NCBI RefSeq assembly: GCF_006345805.1
Contig: NC_042997.1
Coordinates: 170,562,001-170,626,000, forward strand
Source: Octopus sinensis
Taxonomy: Eukaryota
DNA length: 64,000 nt
Direction of reading: 5' to 3'
Positions 49,660-64,000 of this stretch are shown here, piece after piece; positions within the stretch are counted from its first letter, which is position 1, and the number at the start of each line of letters is the position of its first letter. The notes beneath the pieces were generated by a model that saw only the letters and a list, made by a program, of their open reading frames with translations, ran no database searches and was not told the DNA's origin. Made by a program: the position numbers and the translations under genes.

Positions 49660-50601
49660 AAGAAATGTAGGATTGAGCAGTACAGAATTACAGAATTAGT
49701 AAGGTTTGGTTTTTGCTTGGATTGCTGTGTATGGGCCAATATTTTCCACTTTATGGTGAATGGGATGTTTTTGAACTTCAGTATCCATACATGGGAATTA
49801 TTTGTGTTTGGCTGCACCTGTGGAAATTTTAAAGTTTAGTGAAAATTCTAGAATTTGGTGTATTGATGTACTTTTCCATGCCAAATCTCAGGAGATACTT
49901 CACTTTTTTCAGAACAGTAAACAAATGAAATATTGACATAATTCTGCTTTATGCACATCATATAATCTCCCTCATAACTTTTGGAATTTTCAGAAAATTT
50001 TTATGAATTTGTTTTCTACACATTGGAATCCATACAATTATGCAAAAACAAAAAAGGTTTCTTGCATGAATTAAGGCCTATTTAGCTGTTATTTTTAGCA
50101 CATCTCATGCCACTTGTGTTTTGAATATTTAAGAAGTGACAAAAAGAACACGTGGTAAGCAGTTTGGTAACAGCTTGGTTTGTTATTATGGAAACAGGCA
50201 CCTATAAGTCTGGCTTTTGATTGGCTTAAATTACCACAAATTTGCAAACTTTAAAAGCTATTAACTATTTATTTATTGAAGTATGGTGAAAATGAATTTC
50301 ATGCCAATGATTCCCTTACAAAACTACACCAACATACCAAATATGAAATCAATTGGAACAAAAATTGAAGAAATTGTTAGGGTATAAAATGTGTTCATGT
50401 ATTGTGCTTTGAACTATTCTTTCAGCCCTCTATATGCGTCTGTGGTTGGTATTGTAGTATCCATGGTAACTATTTTGCTATAAATATTGTTACTTGTGAG
50501 GCAATTTTCATTTAGCAATAGGGATGTTGATGAGGTTAGCTATATGGTTTTGGTTTTCATATTTTCTCCCCCCAAATTTATATATATACATATACATATA
50601 C

Positions 50602-51131
50602 ATCATCATCATCATCATCATCATTTAGCGTCCGTTCTCCATGCTAGCATGGGTTGGACGGTTCAACTGGGGTCTGTGAAGCTGGAAGGCTTCATCAGGC
50701 CCAGTCAGATCTGGCAGTGTTTCTATGGCTGGATGCCCTTCCTAACGCCAACCACTCCATATTACTCTTTTACTCTTTTACTTGTTTCAGTCATTTGACT
50801 GTGGCCATGCTGGAGCACCGCCTTTAATCGAGCAACTCGACCCCGGGACTTATTCTTTTGTAAGCCCAGTACTTATTCTATCGGTCTCTTTTGCCGAACC
50901 GCTAAGTAACGGGGACATAAACACACCAGCATCGGTTGTCAAGCGATGCTGGGGGGACACACACATATACACACACGCATATATATATATATACATATAT
51001 ACGACAGGCTTCTTTCAGTTTCCGTCAACCAAGGCTATAGTAGAAGACACCAAGGTGCCACGCAGTGGGACTGAACCCAGAACCATGTGGTTGGTAAACA
51101 AGCTACTTACCACACAGCCACTCCTGCACCT
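50602..51131 (-). mobile_element. Family C (50602-50758) followed by SINE B (50763-51131)
   Basis: Consensus similarity; the C copy is nearly identical to 53461-53616. Confidence 0.88.
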
Positions 51132-51344
51132 ATATATTATATATATATATATATATATGTATGTATAATTTTTGTGCATGTATATTAAAATGTAAACATG
51201 TATGTAATATATATAATATTTTGGTCAAATCAGTCTTTTGTTACACTGAGCTTCACCTATGAGTACAGAAAATCTTCAGGCAAGTTATGACTGAAGAAAT
51301 GATGGGATTTTCACATCTGCATAAAGGAGTCTTGTTGTAGAGTA

Positions 51345-52310
51345 TTACTTTGAAGGGGAAATGAGATAAAGGGAAAAAAATGAAGAAGCAAAAGGAAGAG
51401 AGAGAGAGAGAAAGAGAGAAAGAGAGAAAGAGAGAAAGAGAGTGAGAGAGAAAGGAAAGTAAAAAATAAGGAAGAAATTAAAATGAGAAAAAGAAAAAGA
51501 AGAAAATGAAGAAAGTAAAAAGAGGAAAGGATTGGTGTGTTTTATGGGGGTGAGGAATGAAGTAGGGTGGGTAGGTGTTAGAATGGTTGAAGAATTCAAC
51601 TGAAATATTTAACAGAAGAAAACAATAGCAGATGAGTAAATGAATGGAATTTAGAAACCAATGACATTGAAACTGACAAGCCTAAAATGAAGAGAAGGGA
51701 AGAAAAAAAAAAGAAATCTTAACAAAAGGGGTGCTGATTTAGAGTAACGGTCAGCAGTTCAAGGGTATTGTGGTATTGTGGCCATTGTGGTAACAGTTAT
51801 TTGATAAAATCAAGCAGAATAAAGTAAAAAATATTTAAAAAAAACAAAGTAAAAAATTGGGAATATTGGTAAGAATGTAAAAATATTAAAGAAATAAATA
51901 AAAATAAATAGATAAAAGTATATTGAAAAATGCTGGGTAAAGGTATTGAAGGATTATTGGAAAACCTATTTAAAATGCTAAAGGTATTGAAGAGTTAGTT
52001 ATAAAATGATAAAAATTTTGAGGAATGTGAAAAGAATAAGAAACGTGAAAGAGAGTAAATGCCAAAAATGAGTAATAAAAACCAAGAGAAACAGAAAAAC
52101 AAGAGGGGTGGGTGGGTGTTAAGAACTAGATATGCCAGGATGGATAATCGATAGATAACTGATTGAGTAAAAGAAGTGAGTAAATAAATTATTGTAGGAA
52201 TGATGATGGTGAATAAGGCGAGTAGAAAGAGGCGGAAGAACAAATAATGGGGATAGTAATATTTTTCAGGAAAGTTGAGAAGGGTGTGATATTAAAGAAA
52301 ATTGGATAAT
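51345..52310. repeat. Purine-rich low-complexity region
   Basis: Strong A/G bias on + strand. Confidence 0.7.
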
Positions 52311-52321
52311 TATAATAATGA

Positions 52322-52812
52322 TCCTTTCTGCTAAATGCACAAGGCCCAAAATTTTGGTGGGGTGGAGGCTAGTTTATTACATCAACCCCAGTGTTTCACT
52401 GATACTTAATTTATTGACCTCAAAAGGATGAAAGGCAAAGTCAACCTTTAGCAGAATGTAAAGATAGACAAAATGCTGTTAAGCATTTTGCCTGGTGTGA
52501 GAACTATTAAAAACAAATACATACATGATACAGGTTAAGGTAATACAATAGGAGGTAGTGGCTGATAGAATGATCATGGCAATATTTGGTATATGCAAGC
52601 AATGGATCCTAAAACAGGCCATGTTTATGTAAAGTATGTGCTTTTATTTATAGTGGTTACAACAGTGACAATCTTTTCTACTCTAGGCACAAAGCCCGAA
52701 AATTTTGGGGTGGAGCCAACTGATTAGATCAGCCCCAGTATGCAACTGGTACTTAATTTATTGACCCCAAAAGAATGAAAGGCAAAGTCGACATCAGCGA
52801 AATTTGAACTCA
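52322..52812 (-). mobile_element. Two SINE A copies (52322-52500, 52672-52812)
   Basis: ttattgacc-caaaagRatgaaaggcaaagtc central domain. Confidence 0.8.
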
Positions 52813-53460
52813 AATGCAGCCTAATGACTGAAGTGAGTAAAAGATAAAAGATAAAAGATATAAACATATTGCTTACTTTGCACAATATTTAAATAATGAG
52901 CTACAAATAGTTTCATGCTGTAGAGACATAATAATTTGGCAGATTTATATCATACTTTGTGTCTTGAAATAATCCTTCAGGCTCAAATACACATGGTTAG
53001 TCTTATTTGGAAAACAGGACACTGATTTGTGAGAAAACAAAAGAAACATTGAGAAGAGGCTTGATGCAAAAAGTGTAATGAAAAAACAAAGGTTGAATAA
53101 AAATGGAAAAAGAGAGAAAAGTTAGAAATTCAGAAGTTGCATCTCCATTGCCCCTTGAAATAATAATTATTCTAGCTGGTATAGAATAATGGGGAGAAGG
53201 CCAAACACTGAGAGACACTTGCTCAATCCAAAGATTTGTCTATGTGCTTGCATTTGCTAAAAATTTCAGGCCTGGAATTAAATAGTAAGGTGGAATTCTC
53301 GGATCTAAAAAAAAAAAGTACGATCTTTCAATGACACATAGCTTGCATCTCTTTGATCCTTTTACATATGGTGTACATTTCTCCATGATGCTTTACTTGG
53401 TTGTATGTGGTGTGCAGTTGGTCTTTAGATCCTATGCATGGTTAGCCAACTTCATGGTTT

Positions 53461-53662
53461 TCATCATCATCATCATCATCATTTAGCGTCCGCTTTCCAT
53501 GCTAGCATGGGTTGGACGGTTCAACTGGGGTCTGTGAAGCCAGAAGGCTGCATCAGGCCCAGTCTGATCTGGCAGTGTTTCTACGGCTGGATGCCCTTCC
53601 TAACGCCAACCACTCCGTGAGTGTAGTGGGTGCTTTTTACGTGCCACCCGCACAGGTGCCAG
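53461..53662 (-). mobile_element. Family C (RTE tail)
   Basis: (CAT)n-ttagcgtccgctttccatgctagc...ggatgcccttcctaacgccaaccac. Confidence 0.9.
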
Positions 53663-53754
53663 ATATATATAAAATACACATATATTATACATTTTTATCT
53701 ATCTATCAATTTAGCCATCTTATAAAAATGTGTGTGTGTGTATGTACATACACA

Positions 53755-54317
53755 TGAAGGGGTAACCAGAAGTAACCAGAAACGTTCTCTGTGGGACAAA
53801 CATGTTGTAGTTCAGGCTTGTGCCACTAGAAGCCACTTGATGCGACCCTCAGGCATTAGTCTGCAGACCAGTAGTGTCAGCCAAAGTTGTACTGTCAAAT
53901 GGTGCATCTTTGTTTTGTAGTGCTTCTCTCCTGTTCTTTGACTTTTGTGATGGCTGAAATGAAGGAACAGCATGCTTCCATGAAATTCTGTTTTCTGCTG
54001 GGGAAAATGGAGGCTGGAAAAGTTGTCATGTTTCAGACAGCTTACAAGGACACTACCATGAGCAAAACAGAAGTTGATGAGTGGTTTTCATGCTTTAGAA
54101 ATGGCCACTATTCGCTTCAAGACTAACTTCATTTAGGATGACCATCAACCTTCTGAATGAATAAAAACATGAAAATTCATGAAATGTTCTTGGATAATCC
54201 TCACCGAACAATTGAAGAACTTGTTGATATGACTGGTATGTCCTGGAGTTCCTGCCAATGAATTTTGAGTGAGGAATTGCAAATGAAAAGAGTTTCAGCA
54301 AAATGGGGTGTCCTGTA
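53755..54317 (+). mobile_element. mariner transposon 5' half (HTH domains), decayed
   Basis: KEQHASMKFCFLLGK...[22 protein letters not shown]...TIEEL...[15 protein letters not shown]; stops in frame. Confidence 0.85.
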
Positions 54318-54319
54318 CC

Positions 54320-56150
<1,831 letters not shown>

Positions 56151-56386
56151 TATAAATAATAATAATTATTATTATAAGCTGAAGAATGTTCTCTTAACCA
56201 TTCAAGTTTTGCAGATGTGACAAAGAAAAAGGCCAATCAGACTGTATGTAAAACTACAGGATGCCACCAGATATTTTGGATTAAAAAGGCTATTGTATAG
56301 GCACAAACCAGGATTTAATCAATTCTGGTTGAGTCACCTGGGGGAAAGTGTCTGATATTGAAAGACAAAAAGCAACTGATGATACC

Positions 56387-56612
56387 TATTTCTTTACTAC
56401 CCACAAGGGGCTAAACAAGGCAAACAAGGACAGACAAAGGGATTAAGTCGATTATATCGGCCCCAGTGCGTAACTGGTACTTTATTTATCGATCCTGAAA
56501 GGATGAAAGGCAAAGTCGATCTCGGCGGAATTTGAACTCAGGACGTAGCGGAGATGAAATACCGCTACGCATTTCGCCCGGTGTGCTAACGATTCTGCCA
56601 GTTCGCCGCCTT
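56387..56612 (-). mobile_element. SINE family A, full length
   Basis: 11-bp TSD ctgatgatacc at 56376-86 and 56613-23. Confidence 0.93.
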
Positions 56613-57058
56613 CTGATGATACCAGTTTACTGCTCTGATAATGTGTTCTTGGCTCCTCTAGAAGTTGTTATTTTCAGACTGAAACTTGGGTTTGCCAATG
56701 AGAACTAGGAATAGACTAGATGATAACCAAGAATGATTCAGTGCCTATTGGAATGATAGTTGATGGCACCAAAACAATAACACTGGAGTCATTATGGGCT
56801 AACATACTATTCTGTGTCCTATCTCAAAAGTCATGTTTCCTAGTACAAGACAGTCAGTGAGAGGAGATGGAATTTCACTCAGGTTACAACTTGTTGCACA
56901 ACACTTCTAGGCCTTCCTACGGTAGTTGCTATCACAGAATTTAACTTGCCCTCTTAGTGAAGACCCACAATCCTTTGTTTTCATCACAGGACACCGGTCG
57001 TCTCTCACAAGCCACTATGTTGACAGTTGAATGTTCCAATAATGTAAGATCATAAAAA

Positions 57059-57271
57059 GAGGTGGTGAGCTGGCAGAAACGTTAGTGTGCCAGGCGAAAT
57101 GCTTAGCAGTATTTCGTCTGCCGTTATGTTCTGAGTTCAAATTCCGCTGAGGTCGACTTTGCTTTTCATCCTTTCGGGGTCGATTAAATAAGTACGAGTT
57201 ATTCACTGGGGTCGATATAATCAGCGTAATCCATTTGTCCTTGTTTGTCCCCTCTGTGGTAGTAAAGAAAT
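57059..57271 (+). mobile_element. SINE family A
   Basis: Flanked by agatcataa on both sides. Confidence 0.9.
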
Positions 57272-57344
57272 AGATCATAAGACATAACTGTTAGCCCATT
57301 AACAGTCTTCCAAATAACAACTACCTTGGTTAGTAGTCCATTTC

Positions 57345-57564
57345 TTCTAAGTAACCCTTAACTTTTGGTCACTGCAATTTGGAAGATTGTTTATTTCCTC
57401 ATAACTTAGGAAATATTTATTCCATTCACTTGAAATTTTCACAAAAGATAGATATTAGATATATCTAAACATGTGTAAAATATCTAGTCTCAGCGTGTTG
57501 TTAATCTATAATAAATATTTCAATACACTTGTTCTTATTGACCCTTATATTATGGCCGCTACTG
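57345..57564. mobile_element. Possible non-autonomous Tc1-like element end
   Basis: Ends ggccgctactg|TA (rc cagtagcggcc); partner TIR not found. Confidence 0.35.
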
Positions 57565-57566
57565 TA

Positions 57567-60500
57567 TATACTCCCAGGAGATCATGAAATCAGGGAAAGA
57601 AGAGATCTCAAATTGGACGCATAGACTAAAGATTAATGATTCATACTAATGACTATTCAGTGATAGTATTGCATTATGTTTAGATGGGTTGTGGCTTGTG
57701 TACATTTTGTAGAGAACTGTTGCGGCAACAACCTATCTCCTGCTTCATAAGCTGTTGATAGTAAATTTTCTCACAGCATCGTTTCTGTCGACTGTAATAA
57801 TCCTATGAGATTTCTTTTGTACTGCGTTGAGTCAGCTGAGTATACTTTGTGAATCATTTATTCAGCAGAGGCAAGCATATCCTAGAATGCTTTGGATTTG
57901 GACTTTGTAAACAGCTGCTCTTCCTTTCTTGTTTGGCTTCTCTGCAATTTTTCATAATACTTCAGTGCAGTTAGATTATATTCAATAGAGATGTGTTCTG
58001 TGCATACAAGCCTGCTCTCCATGGTTTTTTCAAGAATCTGATACAGCTTTTTCATAGGCAGCCTGAAATTCATAAAGAGTAATGGGAAATGAGATAGGCT
58101 TCTTTTTCTTATACAACCATTACTTTATATTTTGATGGTTCAAATTTTATTTTCCATTCATTTTACTAGACTTTCATCCTGGAAAAATCTCCCTTTAAGC
58201 TAGCTGCTGATGGAGATTGCTTTTTTCTGTTCATTTTCACCAATGCCCACTGTAGAGAGTTGTCAGTGTACGGACACAGTTCACTTTCCCCAAGTGTCGA
58301 CTGAGTCATCTATGAAGGCTAAGAACAGAAGTGACACAGCTGTTGAGCCTTGTGAATCTGATGTATTGATTGGTGACCTTGTTGATCAGTGTTAACCCGA
58401 AAGGGTGACTTTGATGGATCTCCCTGTAAGCTATCATTAACATTACTTCAGTAGTTTTTTATGTATTCCTTTGGAATTGAGCTTGGCATCAAGTTTGTTG
58501 TGCCAAGCTCTGTCAAGAAGCAATTCAAAAAAATGACTTTTAGGTCTCTAAATTTTCCAGTGATTTTGTTATAATGTTTAATCTGTGTTACTTTGATTAT
58601 CAGAACCAAACCAAACATTTTACTGGAATATTACCATCCCTTTCTCCTAAGTCATTTTTTGCATGGATCTGAGGAGTGCTTGTTGTTTATATATTCCCAG
58701 GAGATCATGAAATCAGGGAAAGAAGAGATCTCAAATAGGACACATAGACTAAAGATTAATGATTCATACTAATGACTATTCAGTGATAGTATTGCATTAT
58801 GTTTAGATGGGTTGTGGCTTGTGTACATTTTGTAGAGAACTGTTGCGGCAACAACCTATCTCCTGCTTCATAAGCTGTTGATAGTAAATTTTCTCACAGC
58901 ATCGTTTCTGTCGACTGTAATAATCCTATGAGATTTCTTTTGTACTGCGTTGAGTCAGCTGAGTATACTTTGTGAATCATTTATTCAGCAGAGGCAAGCA
59001 TATCCTAGAATGCTTTGGATTTGGACTTTGTAAACAGCTGCTCTTCCTTTCTTGTTTGGCTTCTCTGCATTTTTCATAATACTTCAGTGCAGTTAGATTA
59101 TATTCAATAGAGATGTGTTCTGTGCATACAAGCCTGCTCTCCATGGTTTTTTCAAGAATCTGATACAGCTTTTTCATAGGCAGCCTGAAATTCATAAAGA
59201 GTAATGGGAAATGAGATAGGCTTCTTTTTCTTAATACAACCATTACTTTATATTTTGATGGTTCAAATTTTATTTTCCATTCATTTTACTAGACTTTCAT
59301 CCTGGAAAAATCTCCCTTTAAGCTAGCTGCTGATGGAGATTGCTTTTTTCTGTTCATTTTCACCAATGCCCACTGTAGAGAGTTGTCAGTGTACGGACAC
59401 AGTTCACTTTCCCCAAGTGTCGACTGAGTCATCTATGAAGGCTAAGAACAGAAGTGACACAGCTGTTGAGCCTTGTGAATCTGATGTATTGATTGGTGAC
59501 CTTGTTGATCAGTGTTAACCCGAAAGGGTGACTTTGATGGATCTCCCTGTAAGCTATCATTAAATTACTTCAGTAGTTTTTTATGTATTCCTTTGGAATT
59601 GAGCTTGGCATCAAGTTTGTTGTGCCAAGCTCTGTCAAGAAGCAATTCAAAAAAATGACTTTTAGGTCTCTAAATTTTCCAGTGATTTTGTTATAATGTT
59701 TAATCTGTGTTACTTTGATTATCAGAACCAAACCAAACATTTTACTGGAATATTACCATCCCTTTCTCCTAAGTCATTTTTTGCATGGATCTGAGGAGTG
59801 CTTGTTGTTTTATATTCCCAGGAGATCATGAAATCAGGGAAAGAAGAGATCTCAAATAGGACACATAGACTAAGATTAATGATTCATACTAATGACTATT
59901 CAGTGATAGTATTGCATTATGTTTAGATGGGTTGTGGCTTGTGTACATTTTGTAGAGAACTGTTGCGGCAACAACCTATCTCCTGCTTCATAAGCTGTTG
60001 ATAGTAAATTTTCTCACAGCATCGTTTCTGTCGACTGTAATAATCCTATGAGATTTCTTTTGTACTGCGTTGAGTCAGCTGAGTATACTTTGTGAATCAT
60101 TTATTCAGCAGAGGCAAGCATATCCTAGAATGCTTTGGATTTGGACTTTGTAAACAGCTGCTCTTCCTTTCTTGTTTGGCTTCTCTGCAATTTTTCATAA
60201 TACTTCAGTGCAGTTAGATTATATTCAATAGAGATGTGTTCTGTGCATACAAGCCTGCTCTCCATGGTTTTTTCAAGAATCTGATACAGCTTTTTCATAG
60301 GCAGCCTGAAATTCATAAAGAGTAATGGGAAATGAGATAGGCTTCTTTTTCTTAATACAACCATTACTTTATATTTTGATGTTCAAATTTTATTTTCCAT
60401 TCATTTTACTAGACTTTCATCCTGGAAAAATCTCCCTTTAAGCTAGCTGCTGATGGAGATTGCTTTTTTCTGTTCATTTTCACCAATGCCCACTGTAGAG

Positions 60501-61050
60501 AGTTGTCAGTGTACGGACACAGTTCACTTTCCCCCAGTGTCGACTGAGTCATCTATGAAGGCTAAGAACAGAAGTGACACAGCTGTTGAGCCTTGTGATC
60601 TGATGTATTGATTGGTGACCTTGTTGATCAGTGTTAACCCGAAAGGGTGACTTTGATGGATCTCCCTGTAAGCTATCATTAACATTACTTCAGTAGTTTT
60701 TTATGTATTCCTTTGGAATTGAGCTTGGCATCAAGTTTGTTGTGCCAAGCTCTGTCAAGAAGCAATTGAAAAAAATGACTTTTAGGTCTCTAAATTTTCC
60801 AGTGATTTTGTTATAATGTTTAATCTGTGTTACTTTGATTATCAGAACCAAACCAAACATTTTACTGGAATATTACCATCCCTTTCTCCTAAGTCATTTT
60901 TTGCATGGATCTGAGGAGTGCTTGTTGTTTATATATTCCCAGGAGATCATGAAATCAGGGAAAGAAGAGATCTCAAATAGGACACATAGACTAAAGATTA
61001 ATGATTCATACTAATGACTATTCAGTGATAGTATTGCATTATGTTTAGAT
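57567..61050 (-). repeat. Tandem array, 3.1 copies of a ~1121-1123 bp unit consisting of decayed CR1-group LINE RT/C-terminus
   Basis: cccaggagatcatg at 57573, 58696, 59817, 60938; - strand motifs AWHNKLDAKLNSKGI, SQGSTAVSLLFLAFIDD, WKIKFEPSKYKVM, AVYKVQIQSILGYA, RR.VVAATVLYKM. Confidence 0.92.
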
Positions 61051-61229
61051 TAATTTAATTAAAAAAATTATAATCAATCAGTCAATTACTTTTTGTTATT
61101 TTATTGTTTTTCTCTGACACACACACACATTTGTGTAAATAAAGAATTGCTTTTCTTTCAACCATGTATTAAAGATATGACCTGTGTTTAAGTATAATGC
61201 TTTTTATAAAGAATTTTCCTTTAATTCTA

Positions 61230-61900
61230 TTAGTATTTTCCCATTATTATTTGCTTATGTGTGTTTTGGCACAACAGCATACCTATGTTCATTAGTCCAT
61301 TAATGTTCCATGACCTCAATATCATTTTCTGAATGAAATGATACAAGTAATGACAATGTTCCCATACTCTGCAATAGATTGCAAACATCACAGGAATAAT
61401 ACCGTTATAGCTGATAAAAATCACCACTACCAGATTTAAAATTATTCAATGGTTAAGTCCCAGTAGATTTCATGGTTCATTTCACATGTGCTGTATATGT
61501 TTGCTGATTTTTGGTTTCTGCATTCATATTGATAAAGCTTCTATAGTTACTCATCTCATTTTTTTACTGGAACTCTATATAAAATAAATAATACTGTCAA
61601 CTAATGTTTTCTCCGTATGATTTTATTCACATACTGTCTTATAATGAGTTGCATTGGCATCTTGCTGGAAATGCATGATCAACCAAGATAATGTTATATT
61701 CGTGCATCTGGTATAACACAGTTTGAATCATGGATTTTACAGCTATAAATGTATATAATACATTGGCTGTCTGAAGTACATTTTGTGGTTTGCTAATTTG
61801 TGGTTTCCATGTCATTGAGGAGATTCTCCATTCTGATCTTAATGCAATATATTCTAACTATGAGCTTTCAATGATGCATTCATTCATCCATTCTATAACC
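61230..61900 (-). mobile_element. Old piggyBac-like transposase relic
   Basis: EYNIILVDHAFPARC...RQYVNK...LVDS.IYF resembles TIDE.L..FRGRC.FRQY.PNKP...LVD; many disruptions. Confidence 0.45.
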
Positions 61901-61933
61901 AGAGTGCATTTTGTTCTTGTGGTATACTATCTT

Positions 61934-62166
61934 AAGGTGGTGAGCTGGCAGAAACATTAGCACGCTGGGCGAAATGCGTAGCCGTATTTCGTCTGCCATT
62001 ACGTTCTGAGTTCAAATTCCGCCGAAGTTGACTTTGCCTTTCATCCTTTCGGGGTCGATTAAATAAGTACCAGTTACGCACTGGGGTCGATATAATCGAC
62101 TTAATCCGTTTGTCTGTCCTTGTTTGTCCTCTCTGTGTTTAGCCCCTTGTGGGTAGTAAAGAAATA
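61934..62166 (+). mobile_element. SINE family A, full length
   Basis: 13-bp TSD ggtatactatctt at 61921-33 and 62167-79. Confidence 0.94.
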
Positions 62167-62179
62167 GGTATACTATCTT

Positions 62180-62830
62180 TTATCTTTTACTTGCTTCAGT
62201 CATTGAACTGCAGCCATGCTGGACACCACCCTGAAGAATTATAGTTGAACAAATTGACCCTAGCACTTAATTTTTATTTTTTTAAGCCTGGTACTTATTC
62301 TATTGGTCACTTTTGCCAAACTGCTAAGTTACAGGAATGTAAACACACCAGCACTGGTTGTCAAATGGTGGCAGGGGACAAACACAAACTTAAAGATACA
62401 CACGGACACAGACTCAGACACACAGACACACACTCACACACACGCATGTGTGCACATATGTATATGATGGGCTTCTTTCAGTTTTTGTCTGACAAATCCA
62501 TCCATGAGACTTTAGTTGGCTTGGGGTTATAATAGAAAACATTTGCCCAAGGTGCCATGCAATAAGAATGAACCCGGATCCATTTGGTTAGGAAGTTATG
62601 GGGATGTAATCACAACACCATTGGTTGTCAAGTGAGGCTGGGGACATAGTCAATCACAAAGACACACACACACACACACACACATACGACAGGCTTCTTT
62701 CAGTTTCCATTTACCAAATCCACTCACAAGGCTTCAGGTTGAAGACACTTGCCCAAGGTGGCATGCAGTGGTACTGAATCTGAAACCATGTGATTGGGAG
62801 GCAAGCTTCTTACTACACAGTTATGTCTGT
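62180..62830 (-). mobile_element. Two tandem SINE B copies
   Basis: ttgcccaaggtg-catgca occurs at ~62543 and ~62749. Confidence 0.8.
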
Positions 62831-63243
62831 GTTTATAACCAATTCTTCTACCCAAGAACATCTATTATATACAAAAAGACGAGGAGGTCATATTTGGAAT
62901 GCCTTTGATAATAACTGTACTTGTGGCTAAACAACGACTAGCAATAAGAAGCGCATGGATAATATAATCCAAGTTATACAAAAAGATGAAATGGTCATAG
63001 CTGGAATGTCTTTGATCATAGCTCTGTTTTATCAGGCCTGATCTGAAACTAAACAACAATAATGAAAGTAAAGGACACATTGGAATTCCATCCCTGCTAA
63101 TGTTTTTCTGGCAGCTGTCAACTTAGAACAATTCAAGGGTACCATGAATCATATCAGTTGTTCCAGTATTGATGGTTTGGCAAAGGTCATTGGTACAGCC
63201 TCTTCTTCTGGATCAAAGTAAGAAGAATTTAAAAAGTAACTCT

Positions 63244-63460
63244 TACTCTTTTACTTGTTTCAGTCATTTGACTGCGGCCATGCTGGAGCACTGCCTTTAG
63301 TCGAGCAAATTGACCCCAGGACTTATTCTTTGTAAGCCCAGTACTTATTCTATCAGTCTCTTTTGCTGAACTGGTCAGTTACGGGGATGTAACACACCAG
63401 CATCGGTTGTCAAGCAATGTTGGGGGGGACAAACACAGACACACAAACATATACCCCCCC

Positions 63461-63531
<71 letters not shown>

Positions 63532-63693
63532 TATAACGAGCTTCTTTCAGTTTCTGTCTACCAACTCACAAGGCTTTGGTCAGCCTGAGGCTATAGTAGA
63601 AGACACTTGCCCAAGGTGCCACACAGTGGGACTGAACCCAGAACCATGTGGTTGGTAAGCAAGCTACTTACCACACAGTCACTCCTCCGCCTA
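63244..63693 (-). mobile_element. SINE family B, full length
   Basis: rc of the B consensus with internal (TA)n. Confidence 0.92.
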
Positions 63694-64000
63694 TGAAATA
63701 AATTTCATTTACTATGAAGTTAATGAAATAAAATCAAGAATCCTAGTAAAACTGGTGATGTGCTCTATAGGTAGTGAAGAATCTAGCATTTAGGGCCCCT
63801 CTGCTTTGTCCGAGAGCTCCGGAGAGTGAAAGTTCTTACAAACAATGCAATACCATCACTTACTCTCTCTTCCTCACAATCCTTTCCTTACTATCCTCCT
63901 TCACTTCTCCTTCCTTGCTCTTCCTCCTTCACTCTCCCTTTCTCAGTCTCCCTTCTCCAATCTCCTCCCTCGCTTCCCCTTCCTTACTCTCTCCCACACT

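Noticed and set aside
49850-50435. Possible non-autonomous mariner-like relic ending cagccctctata
   Set aside because: No matching TIR or coding motif found
56630-57010. Possible LINE endonuclease start (PTVVAITE)
   Set aside because: Single short motif with no supporting downstream motifs
58210-59518. Identical 61-aa ORFs suggesting a tandem gene family
   Set aside because: Antisense to decayed LINE RT; identity reflects the recent duplication
61934-62030. tRNA gene calls for SINE heads (also 9222, 11470 and others)
   Set aside because: A/B-box-like motifs only, no complete cloverleaf, and they continue into SINE bodies
63080-63160. WNSIPANV...LEQFK LINE C-terminal motif
   Set aside because: Plausible CR1-group end but too short to delimit as a feature

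Overview
AT-rich, microsatellite-saturated animal DNA. The repeat families strongly resemble those of octopus (coleoid cephalopods). I find no intact protein-coding gene, and almost all ORF-track entries are microsatellite or SINE artefacts. The window is a mosaic of transposable elements. (1) Three tRNA-derived SINE families (my labels A, B, D). (2) Many 3' tails of an RTE LINE (label C), whose RT-bearing parent copy at 32.3-34.1 kb has a PHD finger inserted after YADD. (3) R4/Dong 3' ends stacked in (AAT)n at 0-3.2 kb. (4) CR1/Jockey-type LINE relics and a Gypsy integrase relic. (5) Tc1/mariner copies (DD37D, DD41D, mariner HTH), piggyBac-type MITEs and two non-autonomous Helitrons. (6) Several Penelope-like pieces, some with type I hammerhead-ribozyme motifs. 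Other structures: a near-identical 3.1-copy tandem array of a ~1.12 kb unit made of old LINE RT (57.6-61.1 kb), a templated inverted insertion, a (TA)n-centred palindrome, and a chain of short + strand exon-like segments (4.3-23.7 kb) that may be a decayed gene with ASH/PapD-like motifs. Everything was read by eye. Coordinates are approximate unless a TSD, TIR or splice site is quoted, and no database search was run.
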